This document shows, one piece after another, positions 51,876 to 63,883 of a stretch of DNA of 64,000 nucleotides (the first letter of the stretch is position 1; every line of letters begins with the position of its first letter). This stretch comes from Gammaproteobacteria bacterium. Lineage in GTDB: Bacteria > Pseudomonadota > Gammaproteobacteria > Ga0077536. Where the stretch lies: assembly GCA_963662545.2 (NCBI GenBank), contig CAXXLL010000003.1, forward strand, positions 1,856,001-1,920,000. The letters are read 5' to 3'. The translations under genes were made by a program, and so were the position numbers. The notes under the pieces are model-generated. The model worked only from the letters and a program-made list of their open reading frames with translations. It was not told where the DNA came from and made no database searches.

Positions 51876-52202
51876 TCAGACGTTTCTCAGCTCGAACGAC
51901 GTACTTCCACGGGTCAAGGCCTCGGCGATCTTGCCCTGTATACGCGCGATCCCTTCACCGATATCCGTCGCCATGGACTCGTTGTTCCGGCGGAACTCGA
52001 GGTACTCGTTCGCGATGTTCAACGCCGCCATCACGGCGATCCGTTCGCTGCCAATCACATTTCCGTTATCGCGCTGTTCGGCCATTTTGTCGTTCAGATA
52101 CTGCACCGATGCAAATAGCGCTTCACGCTCATCTTCCTTGCAGCCGACCACGTACTCCTTGTCAAAAATCGTTACCGTGATCGGTTTTACCTCGCCGCTC
52201 AT
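51876..52202 (-). CDS. zapA: Cell division protein ZapA
   Basis: 'V.IFDKEY...C', 'ERIAVMAALNIA'. Confidence 0.93.
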   Translation of the reverse strand: MSGEVKPITVTIFDKEYVVGCKEDEREALFASVQYLNDKMAEQRDNGNVIGSERIAVMAALNIANEYLEFRRNNESMATDIGEGIARIQGKIAEALTRGSTSFELRNV

Positions 52203-52423
52203 TATCGAGTCTCCATCGCTTTCAAGCGCGCGATCATGGCTTCAATCCGGCTGCGGGCCTGTTCGGTCTTCTCGATCAAAGAGGCGCGCTCCGAAGTCAG
52301 GGTGGCCTGCTGATTGCGCAAAGCCTCGTTTTCAGTCGCCAGGCCTTCCACCGTCTTGATCAAATCGTCGACGCGGGTTTCCAGCGCGGCCAGTTCGAGG
52401 CGATCCTGAGGGTCTGATGTCAT
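52202..52423 (-). CDS. TIGR02449 / ZapB-like coiled-coil protein
   Basis: 'LE.RVD.L.....L..EN..LR', 'ARSRIEAMIARLKAME'; upstream of zapA. Confidence 0.85.
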   Translation of the reverse strand: MTSDPQDRLELAALETRVDDLIKTVEGLATENEALRNQQATLTSERASLIEKTEQARSRIEAMIARLKAMETR

Positions 52424-52605
52424 GACGCGATAACGCACTCATCGGCGGAAGAATGTCTGCTTCGGCCAATATAGAGCGGCAAGCATCGGACGGTCAACAG
52501 GAATGAATTCTAATTCCGGCGTAATCGACGCAGATTGCTTTAGCGAAGTACGCCAGCGTGGGATAATTCACACTATGTGCGACCGTTGTCGTTTAGCATA
52601 GTTCT

Positions 52606-53166
52606 GTGAGCGGTAAGCTCCATCGGCGCGTTCAGCGCGTCTTTGATGCGCTCGATTATGATATCGGCGCATCGGAGTGTCATGGGATGTTGTGCGGTGC
52701 CTTGAGCGGGGTGCGGGTGTTCGATCGGCAGATCTGGCTCAGTCACGTCGCAGGCCATGACGACCTGAGTCCGTTCGAGGCCGGTGAGCCCATGGCCGCG
52801 GTGCAAGAACTCGTCAAGCATACGCACGCTTCACTGGAACAAGACGATTTGTCTTTCGGACTATTGTTACCCGGCGACGATCAACCGCTGGCCGAGCGTG
52901 CGATAGCGTTCTCGCGATGGTGCCGCGGATACCTTTCCGGTTTCGGGCTCGCGGGGATTGCCGATTTGACGGTGCTGGGCGAAGATGCACGCGAGTTTCT
53001 GAGAGATGTCGAGCGTTTCGCGTCGCTCGGCGTCGGCAATGAGGGTGAAGAAGAAGAACGGGCACTGTTAGAACTGACGGAATTCACGCGCATGGGCGTG
53101 CTGATCATGCGCACTGACGCGGCGAGACTTCCGAGTGCGGCCCAAGCACCGTCCGGGACTCCTTGA
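52606..53166 (+). CDS. ygfB: UPF0149 family protein YgfB
   Basis: 'SECHGMLCG', 'F.LLLP.DD..L.ER..A...WC.GYL.GFG'; upstream of pepP. Confidence 0.88.
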   Translation: MSGKLHRRVQRVFDALDYDIGASECHGMLCGALSGVRVFDRQIWLSHVAGHDDLSPFEAGEPMAAVQELVKHTHASLEQDDLSFGLLLPGDDQPLAERAIAFSRWCRGYLSGFGLAGIADLTVLGEDAREFLRDVERFASLGVGNEGEEEERALLELTEFTRMGVLIMRTDAARLPSAAQAPSGTP

Positions 53167-53201
53167 AGCTTATTACGGGGCATTACAGTAGCTGAGATTT
53201 C

Positions 53202-54521
53202 ATGGAAAAGAGAGAATTTACGCGCCGTCGGAAACGGCTCATGGATAGGGTCGAAACCGGCGGTATCGTCATCCAACCCAACGCGCCGGAGCGGATCCGT
53301 AGCCGGGACGTTTACTACCCTTATCGCGCGGACAGCGATTTCTACTACCTCTGCGGGTATCCGGAGCCCGAGTCGGTAGCGGTGCTCGTCCCCGATCGCA
53401 AACAGGGCGAGTTTTTGCTGTTTTGTCGCGAGCGTGACGAAGAAGCGGAAAACTGGCACGGACGGCGTTCTGGCCTGGAGGGTGCGTGCAAGGATTACGG
53501 GGCTGACGACGCGTTTCCGATCACCGATCTCGACGATATTCTGCCAGGTCTGCTCGAGAACAAGGAACGTATCTATTACACGATGGGGCGCTATGCCGAT
53601 TTTGACCAGCGCCTCATCGGCTGGCTGAACCGGGTGACGGACAAGGGGCGGGCCGGCGTGCATGCGCCCGATCAGTTCGTATCGCTCGGGCACGTCATTC
53701 ACGAAATGCGCCTATACAAGAGCAGCCAGGAACTCAAGGCGATGCGCAAGGCCGCTTCCATCTCGGCACAGGCGCATTTGAGGGCCATGGCCATGTGCCG
53801 GCCAGGCATGCGTGAATACCAGATCGAAGCAGAACTACTTCATTGTTTCATGCAGAACGGCGCCCGTGCACCAGCCTATCCCTCGATCGTCGGCGGTGGC
53901 GCCAACAGCTGCATTCTTCACTACACCGACAACTGTTCGATCCTGAAGGACGGTGACCTGTTGCTGATCGATGCCGGCGCCGAGTACGACAGTTATGCGA
54001 GTGACGTCACACGTACGTTTCCAGTTAGCGGCGAATTCACCCCGGCTCAACGTGCCGTCTATGAAGTCGTACTGGCGGCGCAGTTGGCTGCGATCGACGA
54101 AGTACGGCCCGGTAATGACTGGAAAGATCCGCACGAGGTAGCGATCGAAATCATCACTCGCGGCCTGGTCGATCTCGGTATTCTCAAGGGGCGCCTGCGC
54201 AAGTTGATCGATGAAGAAGCCTACAAACCGTACTACATGCATAAGACAGGCCATTGGCTAGGGATGGATGTACACGACGTCGGCGACTACAAAGTGGCGG
54301 ACGAGTGGCGCGTGTTCGAGCCGGGCATGGTGACCACGGTGGAACCTGGGCTTTACCTGTCGAGTTTGATCAAAGAGCTCCCCAAGGAATGGTGGAATAT
54401 CGGCATCCGCATCGAAGACGACGTGTTGGTGACGGAATCCGGCAACGAGGTGTTGAGCATCGAGGCGCCCAAATCCGTCGATCAAATCGAGGCGGCGATG
54501 CAGCATCGCAGTGCGGCCTGA
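53202..54521 (+). CDS. pepP: Xaa-Pro aminopeptidase
   Basis: 'LIDAGAE', '[10 protein letters not shown]', '[12 protein letters not shown]', 'TVEPGLY', 'GIRIEDD'. Confidence 0.96.
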   Translation: MEKREFTRRRKRLMDRVETGGIVIQPNAPERIRSRDVYYPYRADSDFYYLCGYPEPESVAVLVPDRKQGEFLLFCRERDEEAENWHGRRSGLEGACKDYGADDAFPITDLDDILPGLLENKERIYYTMGRYADFDQRLIGWLNRVTDKGRAGVHAPDQFVSLGHVIHEMRLYKSSQELKAMRKAASISAQAHLRAMAMCRPGMREYQIEAELLHCFMQNGARAPAYPSIVGGGANSCILHYTDNCSILKDGDLLLIDAGAEYDSYASDVTRTFPVSGEFTPAQRAVYEVVLAAQLAAIDEVRPGNDWKDPHEVAIEIITRGLVDLGILKGRLRKLIDEEAYKPYYMHKTGHWLGMDVHDVGDYKVADEWRVFEPGMVTTVEPGLYLSSLIKELPKEWWNIGIRIEDDVLVTESGNEVLSIEAPKSVDQIEAAMQHRSAA

Positions 54522-55722
54522 ATTCGACTGCGTAATCGTCGGCGCGGGACTGGTCGGTACGGCGACGGCGACGGCCTTGTCGCGGCAGGGCTTGAGAATT
54601 GCAGTAATCGAGAAACGTTCGCGCCCGGCTGACCGACCTGCCGTGAACTCCGATCTCAGGGCGCTCGTGCTCTCGGTCGCCTCGCAGAGGATCCTCGCGC
54701 ACATCGGCGTATGGGACCGCCTGTCGGCCCACGCCAACCGCATCCGTCATATCCACGTCACGGATCGTGGCGGATTTGGCGCGGTCCGTCTGGACGCGGG
54801 CGAGGCCGGCCTCGATGTCCTTGGCTGGGCCTGCCCCGCCGAGGTGTTGCTGCACGAACTCCTCGGGGCTGCGCGCGACCATCTGGGCGAGGATCTTTCC
54901 TGGTCAACTGAGTTCGACGGTTTCGATATTCATTCCGATCACGTCACGGTGAATGCCACAGGCCGCAATGGCGCATCGATTCTCTCTACGCGATTGTTGA
55001 TCGGCGCCGATGGCAGTGATTCGGACGTGCGCGGTGCGCTTGGTATCGACATCGATGCCTTTGACTACGCCCAGGCGGCGATCGTCGCCAACGTCGAAGT
55101 CGAGTGTCCGCGTGAGGACACGGCGTATGAACGCTTTACGCGCCAGGGCCCTCTGGCGATGATTCCGCTCGGCGGCCGTCGTTACGTCAGCGTACAGTGC
55201 CTCGACCTTGCATCCGGCGCGGCCGCGCTCGAACTGGCCGACGACGCTTACCTGGCTCAGTTGCAGCGGCGTTTCGGTTGGCGCTTGGGCGAGATTGCCG
55301 ACCTCGGTGCGCGGCGATCACACGCGCTGTGGCGCCGGCGCGCGCGAAGTCTCGATGCGCCACGTGCCGTCATCATCGGCAACGCGGCGAACACCGTCCA
55401 TCCGAATGCAGCACAAGGGCTTAATCTCGGTTTACGGGACGTTTCCGCGCTCGCGCTCGCGCTGTCCGCGCGACCTGATCCCGGCGATTCGCTGATGCTG
55501 CAAACCTACGCCCGATCCCGCAAAGCCGATCACGCGCGCACATCGTTCCTGACGGATCTACTCGCAAAGACTTTTCGGTCGAGCAGTTTGGCGGTGACTA
55601 CGGGCAGGCGGGTGGCAATGGCTGCGGCCGAATTCGTACCTGTTCTCAAGCACCGCCTGATCACTGAGGCGACCGGACTTACGGTGCTCGCACGCGAAGC
55701 AGGGACTGCAAGGCGCCCATGA
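54511..55722 (+). CDS. ubiH: 2-octaprenyl-6-methoxyphenol hydroxylase UbiH
   Basis: GAGLVG, 'AYERFT..GPLA', '[20 protein letters not shown]'; follows pepP. Confidence 0.85.
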   Translation: MRPEFDCVIVGAGLVGTATATALSRQGLRIAVIEKRSRPADRPAVNSDLRALVLSVASQRILAHIGVWDRLSAHANRIRHIHVTDRGGFGAVRLDAGEAGLDVLGWACPAEVLLHELLGAARDHLGEDLSWSTEFDGFDIHSDHVTVNATGRNGASILSTRLLIGADGSDSDVRGALGIDIDAFDYAQAAIVANVEVECPREDTAYERFTRQGPLAMIPLGGRRYVSVQCLDLASGAAALELADDAYLAQLQRRFGWRLGEIADLGARRSHALWRRRARSLDAPRAVIIGNAANTVHPNAAQGLNLGLRDVSALALALSARPDPGDSLMLQTYARSRKADHARTSFLTDLLAKTFRSSSLAVTTGRRVAMAAAEFVPVLKHRLITEATGLTVLAREAGTARRP

Positions 55723-55884
55723 GAAACCTCTGAATAAGCCATGGCCCATCTGCCTTGCCCATGAAATCGCGGAGCCTTAACCGACGAACCTTAGTCCTAA
55801 TCCCCGCTATGGCCGGCGATTGGTGCCTTGATCTGCACCATTGTAGGAACCATTCAGACCCACCATGACTTATTCACAGGTTCC
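55723..55884. mobile_element. MITE copy B (inverted relative to copy A)
   Basis: 22-bp imperfect terminal IR GAAACCTCTGAATAAGCCATGG / CCATGACTTATTCACAGGTTCC; TTAA on right flank; homologous to 30495-30632. Confidence 0.8.
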
Positions 55885-55889
55885 TTAAC

Positions 55890-57119
55890 GTGAACGATCT
55901 CGAATTTGACGTAGCCGTGGTCGGCGGCGGCGTAGTCGGACTGCTCAGCGCCATGTTGCTGGCCGAATTAAGCCTCGAAGTCGCCGTGATCGCGGAAGAG
56001 TTCGACCCTTCTCCGCCCGTCGATGACATCGAATTGCGCTGTTACGCGATCACGCCGGGTTCGCGCGCGATCTTCGAGGCCGCCGGTGTCTGGCGCGGCG
56101 TCGACCGGTCACGCGTGGGCGAGTTCTATGCCATGGACGTCTGGGACGCGGCATCGAGCGGGCGCATACGTTTCGACCCGCCGGTCATCCACGAAGGTCC
56201 GATGGGTTGGATCGTCGAACATCAGAACCTGATTGCGGCCTTGGCGGCGAAACTAGAAGGACGCGGATCGGTGTCGGTCCATCGGCAAGCGATGACCAGA
56301 CTTCTCCCCTCGGATCGCCCCGTCGCCGTGCTCAAAGATGGTTCCACGGTGCGCGCGCGCCTCTTCGTCGGTGCCGACGGCGCGACCTCACGGGTACGCG
56401 ACGCCGCCGGCATCGCGGTCGAACGCGTCGGCTACGAGCACACGGCGGTGGTCTGTAACGTCGTCAGCGAAAAGGCCCATGCCGGTATCGCCCGCCAGCG
56501 TTTTCTGGCCTCCGGTCCGCTCGCGTTCCTGCCGCTCGCGGACGCCTGCAGTTGTTCCATCGTGTGGACCTGCACGGAAGATCTTGCACGTGCAATCGAA
56601 GGCGATAGCGACGCGTCGTTCTGCGCACGCCTCGAGACCGCGCTCGAGGGTCGGCTCGGTGCGATCACGGGGGCCAGCCCGCGCGCGGCGTTCCCGGTCG
56701 AGCGATTACGTGCCAAACGCACGGTTCACGGGTCGTGTGTGCTGGTTGGTGACGCGGCGCACGTCATCCATCCGCTCGCTGGGCAGGGGGTCAATCTGGG
56801 TATCATAGACGCCGCCGCGCTGGCCGAGTGTATCGGCCGACGCACTTCTGCGAGCCGTTGGCCGCGGCCTGCGGCATTGCGGCGCTACCAGCGATGGCGT
56901 GCGAGCGAAACGCTGGCGATGACGTTTGTCACGGACGGACTCAAGCGCCTGTTTCAAAGCGACGCATTGCCCGTGCGCTTGCTCCGCGGTGCCGGCATGC
57001 GAATGACGAATCGTCTGCCGCTTCTGAAAGAATGGATGATCGAGCGCGCGATGGGCACGCGCGGCGATCTACCGCGGATCGCGAGGCCGTTCGTCGACGC
57101 CGCAGGGCCGACGTCGTGA
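55890..57119 (+). CDS. ubiI: UbiI/VisC-type FAD-dependent ubiquinone hydroxylase
   Basis: GGGVVG, 'ARQRFL..GPLAFLP', '[18 protein letters not shown]'; follows ubiH. Confidence 0.78.
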   Translation: MNDLEFDVAVVGGGVVGLLSAMLLAELSLEVAVIAEEFDPSPPVDDIELRCYAITPGSRAIFEAAGVWRGVDRSRVGEFYAMDVWDAASSGRIRFDPPVIHEGPMGWIVEHQNLIAALAAKLEGRGSVSVHRQAMTRLLPSDRPVAVLKDGSTVRARLFVGADGATSRVRDAAGIAVERVGYEHTAVVCNVVSEKAHAGIARQRFLASGPLAFLPLADACSCSIVWTCTEDLARAIEGDSDASFCARLETALEGRLGAITGASPRAAFPVERLRAKRTVHGSCVLVGDAAHVIHPLAGQGVNLGIIDAAALAECIGRRTSASRWPRPAALRRYQRWRASETLAMTFVTDGLKRLFQSDALPVRLLRGAGMRMTNRLPLLKEWMIERAMGTRGDLPRIARPFVDAAGPTS

Positions 57120-57180
57120 ACCGGCACAGTTCGGTGGATCGGTGTTGCGCATCGGCGCTTTTTCGGGGGAGCTCAAGCCA

Positions 57181-58074
57181 ATGGCCGGGTCGGTAACTGC
57201 ACTCTACGAATCGAATCTAGCGAGCCTGCCGCTCGTTAGCAAAGGTAAGGTGCGCGATATCTATGCAGTCGGCGATCGGCAGCTCCTGATCGTCACCAGC
57301 GACCGTATCTCGGCTTTCGACGTGATATTGCCCGATCCGATTCCGGGCAAAGGGGCGGTGCTGACCACGCTGTCGAATTTCTGGTTCGAGCGGACCACCG
57401 AGCGATTGAAAAATCATCTCGCTCAAGTCGAACTCGCCGATGTCCTCCCCGACGAGGAAGAAAGACGGCAAGTAGAGGGCCGGGCGATCGTGGTCGACAA
57501 GCTGCAACCGTTACCGATCGAATCGATCGTCCGGGGCTACATTATCGGGTCCGGCTGGAAAGACTATCAGCGGACCCGCGAAATATGTGGTATCGAATTA
57601 CCCGCGGGCCTGGAACAGGCGGCGCAGTTGCCGGAGCCCTTATTCACGCCTTCGACCAAGGCCGAGATCGGCGATCACGATGAAAACATCGACTTTGAAA
57701 AAACTTGCGACCTGCTTGGGCGCGAGCGCGCCGAAGAGGTGCGCGAGATCAGCATCGAGATCTATCGCTCCGCCGCTGATTTGGCAATACAGAAAGGCAT
57801 CATCATCGCCGATACCAAGTTCGAATTTGGTCTGGACGACGGTGGGAACCTGGTCCTGATCGATGAGGTTTTGACCCCCGATTCCTCACGGTTCTGGCCG
57901 GTCGACGAATACCGTACCGGAGGAAGCCCGCCGAGCTTCGACAAGCAGTTCGTCCGCGACTATCTGGAAACCCTGGACTGGGACAAACGGCCGCCTGCGC
58001 CGAGTCTTCCGCAGGAAATCGTCGATAAAACCGCGAGCAAGTACCGCGAAGCACTGGAGCGCTTGACGGCCTAA
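57181..58074 (+). CDS. purC: SAICAR synthetase
   Basis: 'GKVRDIY', 'SDRISAFD', 'ADTKFEFG', '[12 protein letters not shown]', 'FDKQFVRD'. Confidence 0.96.
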   Translation: MAGSVTALYESNLASLPLVSKGKVRDIYAVGDRQLLIVTSDRISAFDVILPDPIPGKGAVLTTLSNFWFERTTERLKNHLAQVELADVLPDEEERRQVEGRAIVVDKLQPLPIESIVRGYIIGSGWKDYQRTREICGIELPAGLEQAAQLPEPLFTPSTKAEIGDHDENIDFEKTCDLLGRERAEEVREISIEIYRSAADLAIQKGIIIADTKFEFGLDDGGNLVLIDEVLTPDSSRFWPVDEYRTGGSPPSFDKQFVRDYLETLDWDKRPPAPSLPQEIVDKTASKYREALERLTA

Positions 58075-58159
58075 CCGCTTCTCGTAAGCAAGATGTCAGG
58101 AGTTGAACGGATACGCAGACGTACTACGGAGCGGTACAAATATAACCAACGGGCCGGTT

Positions 58160-59188
58160 TCAGGCGGCGAGTTCGGCCTCGATCGCATCCGAGTATTCGC
58201 CCATAGCCGCGAGCCCGTTGCAGCGTTCACGGTGCAGGAGGATCTCGCGGGCGCGCGCGAGGTTTTCGGCTTTTCCGCCCCAGGCTTTCAAGGCATCCGC
58301 TTGCAGGGCGCGGCCGTAAGAGAAGCTCAGCGGCCAAGGCAGATCGAATCCACCGGCATTCATCGCATTCAGATGACGCGTCGCGTCCTCGCCGCTCTGG
58401 CCGCCCGATAGGAACACGATACCTGGAATGGCGCCGGGTACCGCGCGTTTGAGGCAGCGCACCGTTTTCTCGGCGATTTCATCGACGCCTGCCTGGACCG
58501 GGCACTGCTTGCCGGACACGACCATATTGGTCTTGAGAATGGTGTGCTCGAGTGCCGCGTTTTGACTTTTCAGCGCGTTGAACACCGTGCGCAAGGTCAT
58601 CTCAGTGACCTCGAAGCAGCGATCGATGGTGTTGTCCGCGTCCATCATGACTTCCGGTTCAACCATCGGAACAATACCCGCTTCCTGACACAGCCCCGCG
58701 TAACGGGCGAGCGCGTGGGCGTTGGCCTCGATGCAGGCCATCGACGGCATGCCATCGCCGATAGTGATGACAGCGCGCCACTTGGCGAACCGGGCGCCGA
58801 GCGATCGGTATTCCGCGAGCCGTTCGCGCAGGCCGTCGAGTCCCTCGGTGACTTTCTCGCCCGGATTGCACGCCAGGTCCTTCGCGCCCGTGTCGACCTT
58901 AATACCCGGCATGATGCCTTGGTCGGCGAGCACCTTGGGAAATGGAACGCCGTCCGCCGTCGCCTGGCGGATGGTTTCATCGAAGAGGATCAGGCCGCTG
59001 ATGTATGGGGCCGCGCCCGGGTTGTCGATGAGCAGCTCACGGTAAGCCCTGCGGTGGTCTTCAGTGCATTCGAAATTGATCGTCTCGAAACGCTTCTTGA
59101 TGGTCGGTAGGCTCTCGTCGATCGCGAGAATGCCTCGGCCCCTTGCGACCATGGCCTTGGCAGTTGCTTCGAGTTCTTGTGCTGACAT
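58160..59188 (-). CDS. Fructose-bisphosphate aldolase class I
   Basis: 'GILAIDES', 'GIKVDTG', 'FAKWRAV', 'VPMVEPEV', 'FLSGGQ', 'SFSYGRALQ'. Confidence 0.95.
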   Translation of the reverse strand: MSAQELEATAKAMVARGRGILAIDESLPTIKKRFETINFECTEDHRRAYRELLIDNPGAAPYISGLILFDETIRQATADGVPFPKVLADQGIMPGIKVDTGAKDLACNPGEKVTEGLDGLRERLAEYRSLGARFAKWRAVITIGDGMPSMACIEANAHALARYAGLCQEAGIVPMVEPEVMMDADNTIDRCFEVTEMTLRTVFNALKSQNAALEHTILKTNMVVSGKQCPVQAGVDEIAEKTVRCLKRAVPGAIPGIVFLSGGQSGEDATRHLNAMNAGGFDLPWPLSFSYGRALQADALKAWGGKAENLARAREILLHRERCNGLAAMGEYSDAIEAELAA

Positions 59189-59231
59189 TTTCGTCCCCTG
59201 CAATTGGATGGCCGGATGGGTTATTAAAATT

Positions 59232-60616
59232 GGGTCTACGCGGATTCATGTGGGTAAATTCTGAATTAGACCAAGTGTAAACCATTGAAATCATGTAGAC
59301 ATTCAGAGATTTCGTATGGGGTGAAAGTGGTTTCATTTTGTGGGTAGGCTAAGGCCATGAAGAATCCCAAGTCGATCCGAGCGCTGTTTGCGTTCCCTGG
59401 TTTTACCGCCGCATCGAAATTGGTGGGCATGTTTGGTGATCGGTATGCCCGTGTGATCCAACTCAAGAGGCGAAAAAAACAGCGATCTGTTCTCACTGTG
59501 CTCACCGGTGCCGCGGGCGTTACGACAAGAAGGTGCTGCGAGTACGAGACCTGTCAGTTGCCGGATGGCGAATCTACCTGGAGTTCGAACGCTGGCGTGT
59601 CAGTTGCCGGAGGTGCGGCGGCGTGCAGGTAGAACATCTTGACTGGCTGGCAAAGAACCCTCGCTATACGCAGCGCTTTGCCATGCAGGTGGGCAAGCTG
59701 TGCCGGGACATGCCGAACCAGGCTGTCGCCGAGAGGGAACGCCTGCACCACAGCACGGTGAAAGACCTCGATAAGCTGTACATGCAAAAGCAGGTTGAGC
59801 TGGCGGGCATGCCAGCACCCCGGGCCATCGGTATTGATGAGATCTCCATCCGCAAAGGACATAACTACCGGGTCATCGTCAGTGACCTGGATCGGGGGCG
59901 TCCTATCTGGGTCGGTGGTGAAGGTCGCAAAGAGGCTGACATCGACCTGTTTTTCCAGGCATTGGGCGAGAACAAGAGCGCTCGCATCGAACTGGCGGCG
60001 ATGGACATGTGGAAGCCGTTCCGTAACTCGGTCATGAACAACGCACCGCAGGCGCGGATCATCTATGACAAGTTCCATATCATGCGCCACCTCTCAAAGG
60101 CTCTCGATGAAGTCCGGCGCCGTGAATACAAACGTCTCCGCGGCAAGGACAGGAGTTACATCAAAGGCCAGCGATATACCTTGCTCTCGCGACGCGAGAA
60201 CCTGAATCTGGATGGCAGACGAGCCCTGAAAAAACTGCTCCAGGCCAACCGGCGTCTGAACACCGCCTACGTCCTCAAGGAAACCTTCGGCCAACTCTGG
60301 GACTACCGTACCGAGCGCGGCGCGCGTGCCTTTTTCGAGCGCTGGAAGGACAGTCTGAAATGGCAGCGATTGGCGCCGTATCGCAAGTTTGCTGAGCTGA
60401 TTGAATCCCATTGGGATGGCATTGCTTCCTATTGTGATGCTAAGAATAAAGTCAGTCTTGGATTGGTCGAAGGGGTCAACAACAAAATCCGGGTCCTGCA
60501 ACGACGCGCCTATGGCTATCGTGATGAGGAATTCCTCAAACTGAAAATCATTGCGGCATTTCTTCCGCCACTACCCAGAAATGCCAATATCAACCCACAC
60601 GTTTCCGCGTAGACCC
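59232..60616 (+). mobile_element. ISL3-family insertion sequence (1385 bp)
   Basis: Terminal IRs GGGTCTACGCGGA..TGTGGGT / ACCCACA..TCCGCGTAGACCC; encloses ISL3 transposase; no matching target duplication. Confidence 0.92.
59357..60612 (+). CDS. ISL3 transposase, two ORFs joined by a -1 shift at A7 (59473-59479)
   Basis: -1 frame yields zinc finger CSHC...CRRC; 'IGIDE', 'MDMWKPF', 'DKFHIM', 'EGVNNKIR...RRAYG'. Confidence 0.88.
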
Positions 60617-61889
60617 ACTTTTGTTATCGATAATGTCGTTTTAGTCGGCCGTAAGCATCTTCGATCCGATTGTATTTTTCAATCATTCGGCCGAGCTTAA
60701 GCGTTCCGAAATAGACGTTCCAAACACCACAGTCGATTTCCTCTAATCCTATGTACTCACCGGCACACGCGATTGAGACAGGCACATGGGTGGAATGCCA
60801 TCGGATGCCACCGTTGGCACTGACGAAGCGCTTGATGAAACGGTCAGGATATTCGAGCGGCGGGATTTTGCTAGGCATTTCTTTGGCAGAAAATTCGTAG
60901 AAGTCGGCAGGTGTGAACATGTCGAGCGCTTCATGAGGGCGTTCTTCATTGAATTCAATCTGGAACCGATTAAATCGTTTCTGTTGCGCGCGATAGTCCC
61001 CGGCCGGAGGTCGAGTCGTCTCCGCCTTTAAGGTTCGGTGCATCCGTTCGTGTCGGCCATTTTGTTGAGGCTTTCCGGGTTCGATGAGCTCGGGATAAAT
61101 ACCAAGCCTGATCCACCAGGCAGACAGCGTTGATAATCGACCGAGCGTGTTCGTCGCGAAGGGGACGCCGTTGTCGGTACGGATGCGTTCTGGCAGTCCG
61201 TATTCTTTGAATAAGCGGGTGAACACCGCCTTCGATGGTTCAACGGCGGTCGTGAGTAATGACTGGCATCCGATGAGGTATCGACTAAAGCCATCGGTGA
61301 CGGTCAACGGGTAACAATACCGCCCGTCTTCGGTCTTGAAATGCCCTTTGAAGTCGGCGCCCCAGGTTTGGTTGGGTGCATTCATTCGGGTTTCAGGTTT
61401 TCCCGGATGCCCGAGTTTGCGTGAGCGCCGCGGTGTCCGGATGAATCCTTCACGGATTAGGATGTCATGAATGGTTGTCCGTGTTGGCCACGGCTCTCGC
61501 GGGTGCTTCCGCGATAGAAACGTCCGCAATTTACGAGCGCCCCAAGTCGGATGACGTTGTCGCGCATCGATGATCAGGCGCTCGAGCCGCGCCGGCGTTT
61601 TATGCGGGCAAGTTCTAGGCCGCCGTGTGCGTTCCTCTAAACCCGCCGGACCTTCGCTTAGATACCGATCAATCCATTTGTAGCCAGTCTTGCGACTGAT
61701 GCCGTAATGTTCGCACAGCTCGGTAACTGTCAACAGGTCGCGCAGATAGTCTGCGATGAATTGCGTTTTTTCGTTCATTGGTGACGTTTCTCTCCAGGGC
61801 ATCGGACTCCTCCTTTGAGGAACCTAATACCATTGATCTGTCACCCATGTACCTTGACTATAATGTTACCTATGTACCCGGTCCGTACC
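60617..61889 (-). mobile_element. IS481-family element with downstream end truncated at the ISL3 boundary
   Basis: Upstream end GGTACGGACCGGGTACATAGGTAACA with internal repeats at 61839-61853 and 61864-61878; no matching end after the stop codon. Confidence 0.8.
60624..61802 (-). CDS. IS481-family DDE transposase
   Basis: 'MPWRE', HTH 'GISRKTGYKW', 'W.ADFKG', 'IRTDNG.PF', 'PQQNGRHERMHRTLK'. Confidence 0.93.
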   Translation of the reverse strand: MPWRETSPMNEKTQFIADYLRDLLTVTELCEHYGISRKTGYKWIDRYLSEGPAGLEERTRRPRTCPHKTPARLERLIIDARQRHPTWGARKLRTFLSRKHPREPWPTRTTIHDILIREGFIRTPRRSRKLGHPGKPETRMNAPNQTWGADFKGHFKTEDGRYCYPLTVTDGFSRYLIGCQSLLTTAVEPSKAVFTRLFKEYGLPERIRTDNGVPFATNTLGRLSTLSAWWIRLGIYPELIEPGKPQQNGRHERMHRTLKAETTRPPAGDYRAQQKRFNRFQIEFNEERPHEALDMFTPADFYEFSAKEMPSKIPPLEYPDRFIKRFVSANGGIRWHSTHVPVSIACAGEYIGLEEIDCGVWNVYFGTLKLGRMIEKYNRIEDAYGRLKRHYR

Positions 61890-61897
61890 CATCATTC

Positions 61898-62007
61898 ACC
61901 TAACAAACGGATCAACCTGACGTGTTACAGCGCGCTTCTTTAGGTCGGCTGCGCATTTTCGCCCGAAAGAACCGCGCTGTAACACGCAGGTTATCCTAGC
62001 GTTAGGC
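61898..62007 (+). other. Integron attC recombination site 1 (110 bp)
   Basis: R'' ACCTAAC ... R' GTTAGGC; internal imperfect palindrome AACCTGACGTGTTACAGCGCG / CGCGCTGTAACACGCAGGTT with extrahelical bases. Confidence 0.9.
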
Positions 62008-62073
62008 GTAAAGTGCCGTACAAAGCTGATGTCTCGGAAGATTAAAGATCAGCGCATTGGAAGGTGTTGTTAA

Positions 62074-62541
62074 GTGAATCTTTGCGGCAAGTGTTCGTGT
62101 GGTAATGTTCGATACGAGATTCTGAAGACGCCGCTGTTTACGCAGGCTTGTCATTGCGCCGATTGCCAACGGACTACGGGAAGCGCCTTCGTCATTCATA
62201 TTGTCGTATGCGAAACGGACCTGGCAATCGCAGGAAAAACTCGCATGGGTTTGGGTCCTACTGGCAGCGGAGCAAAATGCGAGCTGCACGCCTGCGCGTC
62301 TTGTGGCGTGATCGTTTGGGTTCGTTACCGCTATCACCAAGTGCCGGTCATCGCCGTGCGTGCTGGAACGCTCGACGATACACACGCGGTGTCACCACAA
62401 GCACACATATTTGTAAGTCGGAAACAGCCTTGGTTGCAGCTACCTGAGGATGTGCCACTATTCGAAGATGGTGCAGACAAAAGTCAAATATGGCCCAGAG
62501 AGAGCATAGAAAGGTATGAAGCGCTCCCTAAACTTGAATGA
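62074..62541 (+). CDS. GFA (glutathione-dependent formaldehyde-activating/CENP-V) family protein, gene cassette
   Basis: 'G.CSCG.VRY', 'CHCADCQRTTGS', 'CASCG', 'HIFVSRKQPW'; bounded by attC sites; lower GC. Confidence 0.9.
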   Translation: MNLCGKCSCGNVRYEILKTPLFTQACHCADCQRTTGSAFVIHIVVCETDLAIAGKTRMGLGPTGSGAKCELHACASCGVIVWVRYRYHQVPVIAVRAGTLDDTHAVSPQAHIFVSRKQPWLQLPEDVPLFEDGADKSQIWPRESIERYEALPKLE

Positions 62542-62615
62542 AATAGCGGTTGGCGCACAACGTAGCTGTTCGCGCGTTCCGCCTAACAAGTGACTGTGGT
62601 TTGAAGTCAATAGAA

Positions 62616-63750
<1,135 letters not shown>

Positions 63751-63883
63751 TTTGCAAAAACGAACCATACAAATGGATCAACCGGACGTGTTACAGCGCG
63801 TTTCTTTAAAGCAGCTTCGCATTTTCGCTCTAAAGAAGCGCGCTGTAACACGCCGGTTATCCTAGCGTTAGGCGGCAGGGAAA

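Noticed and set aside
61833-61864. Outward sigma-70 promoter in the IS481 end driving the cassettes (TTGATC/TTGACT and TATAAT)
   Set aside because: Spacing is wrong (20 nt or overlapping), so it is not supportable
62002-62385. 127-aa minus-strand ORF in the cassette, and the 63741-63947 ORF
   Set aside because: Antisense to the GFA gene or running through attC2; the plus-strand features explain the sequence
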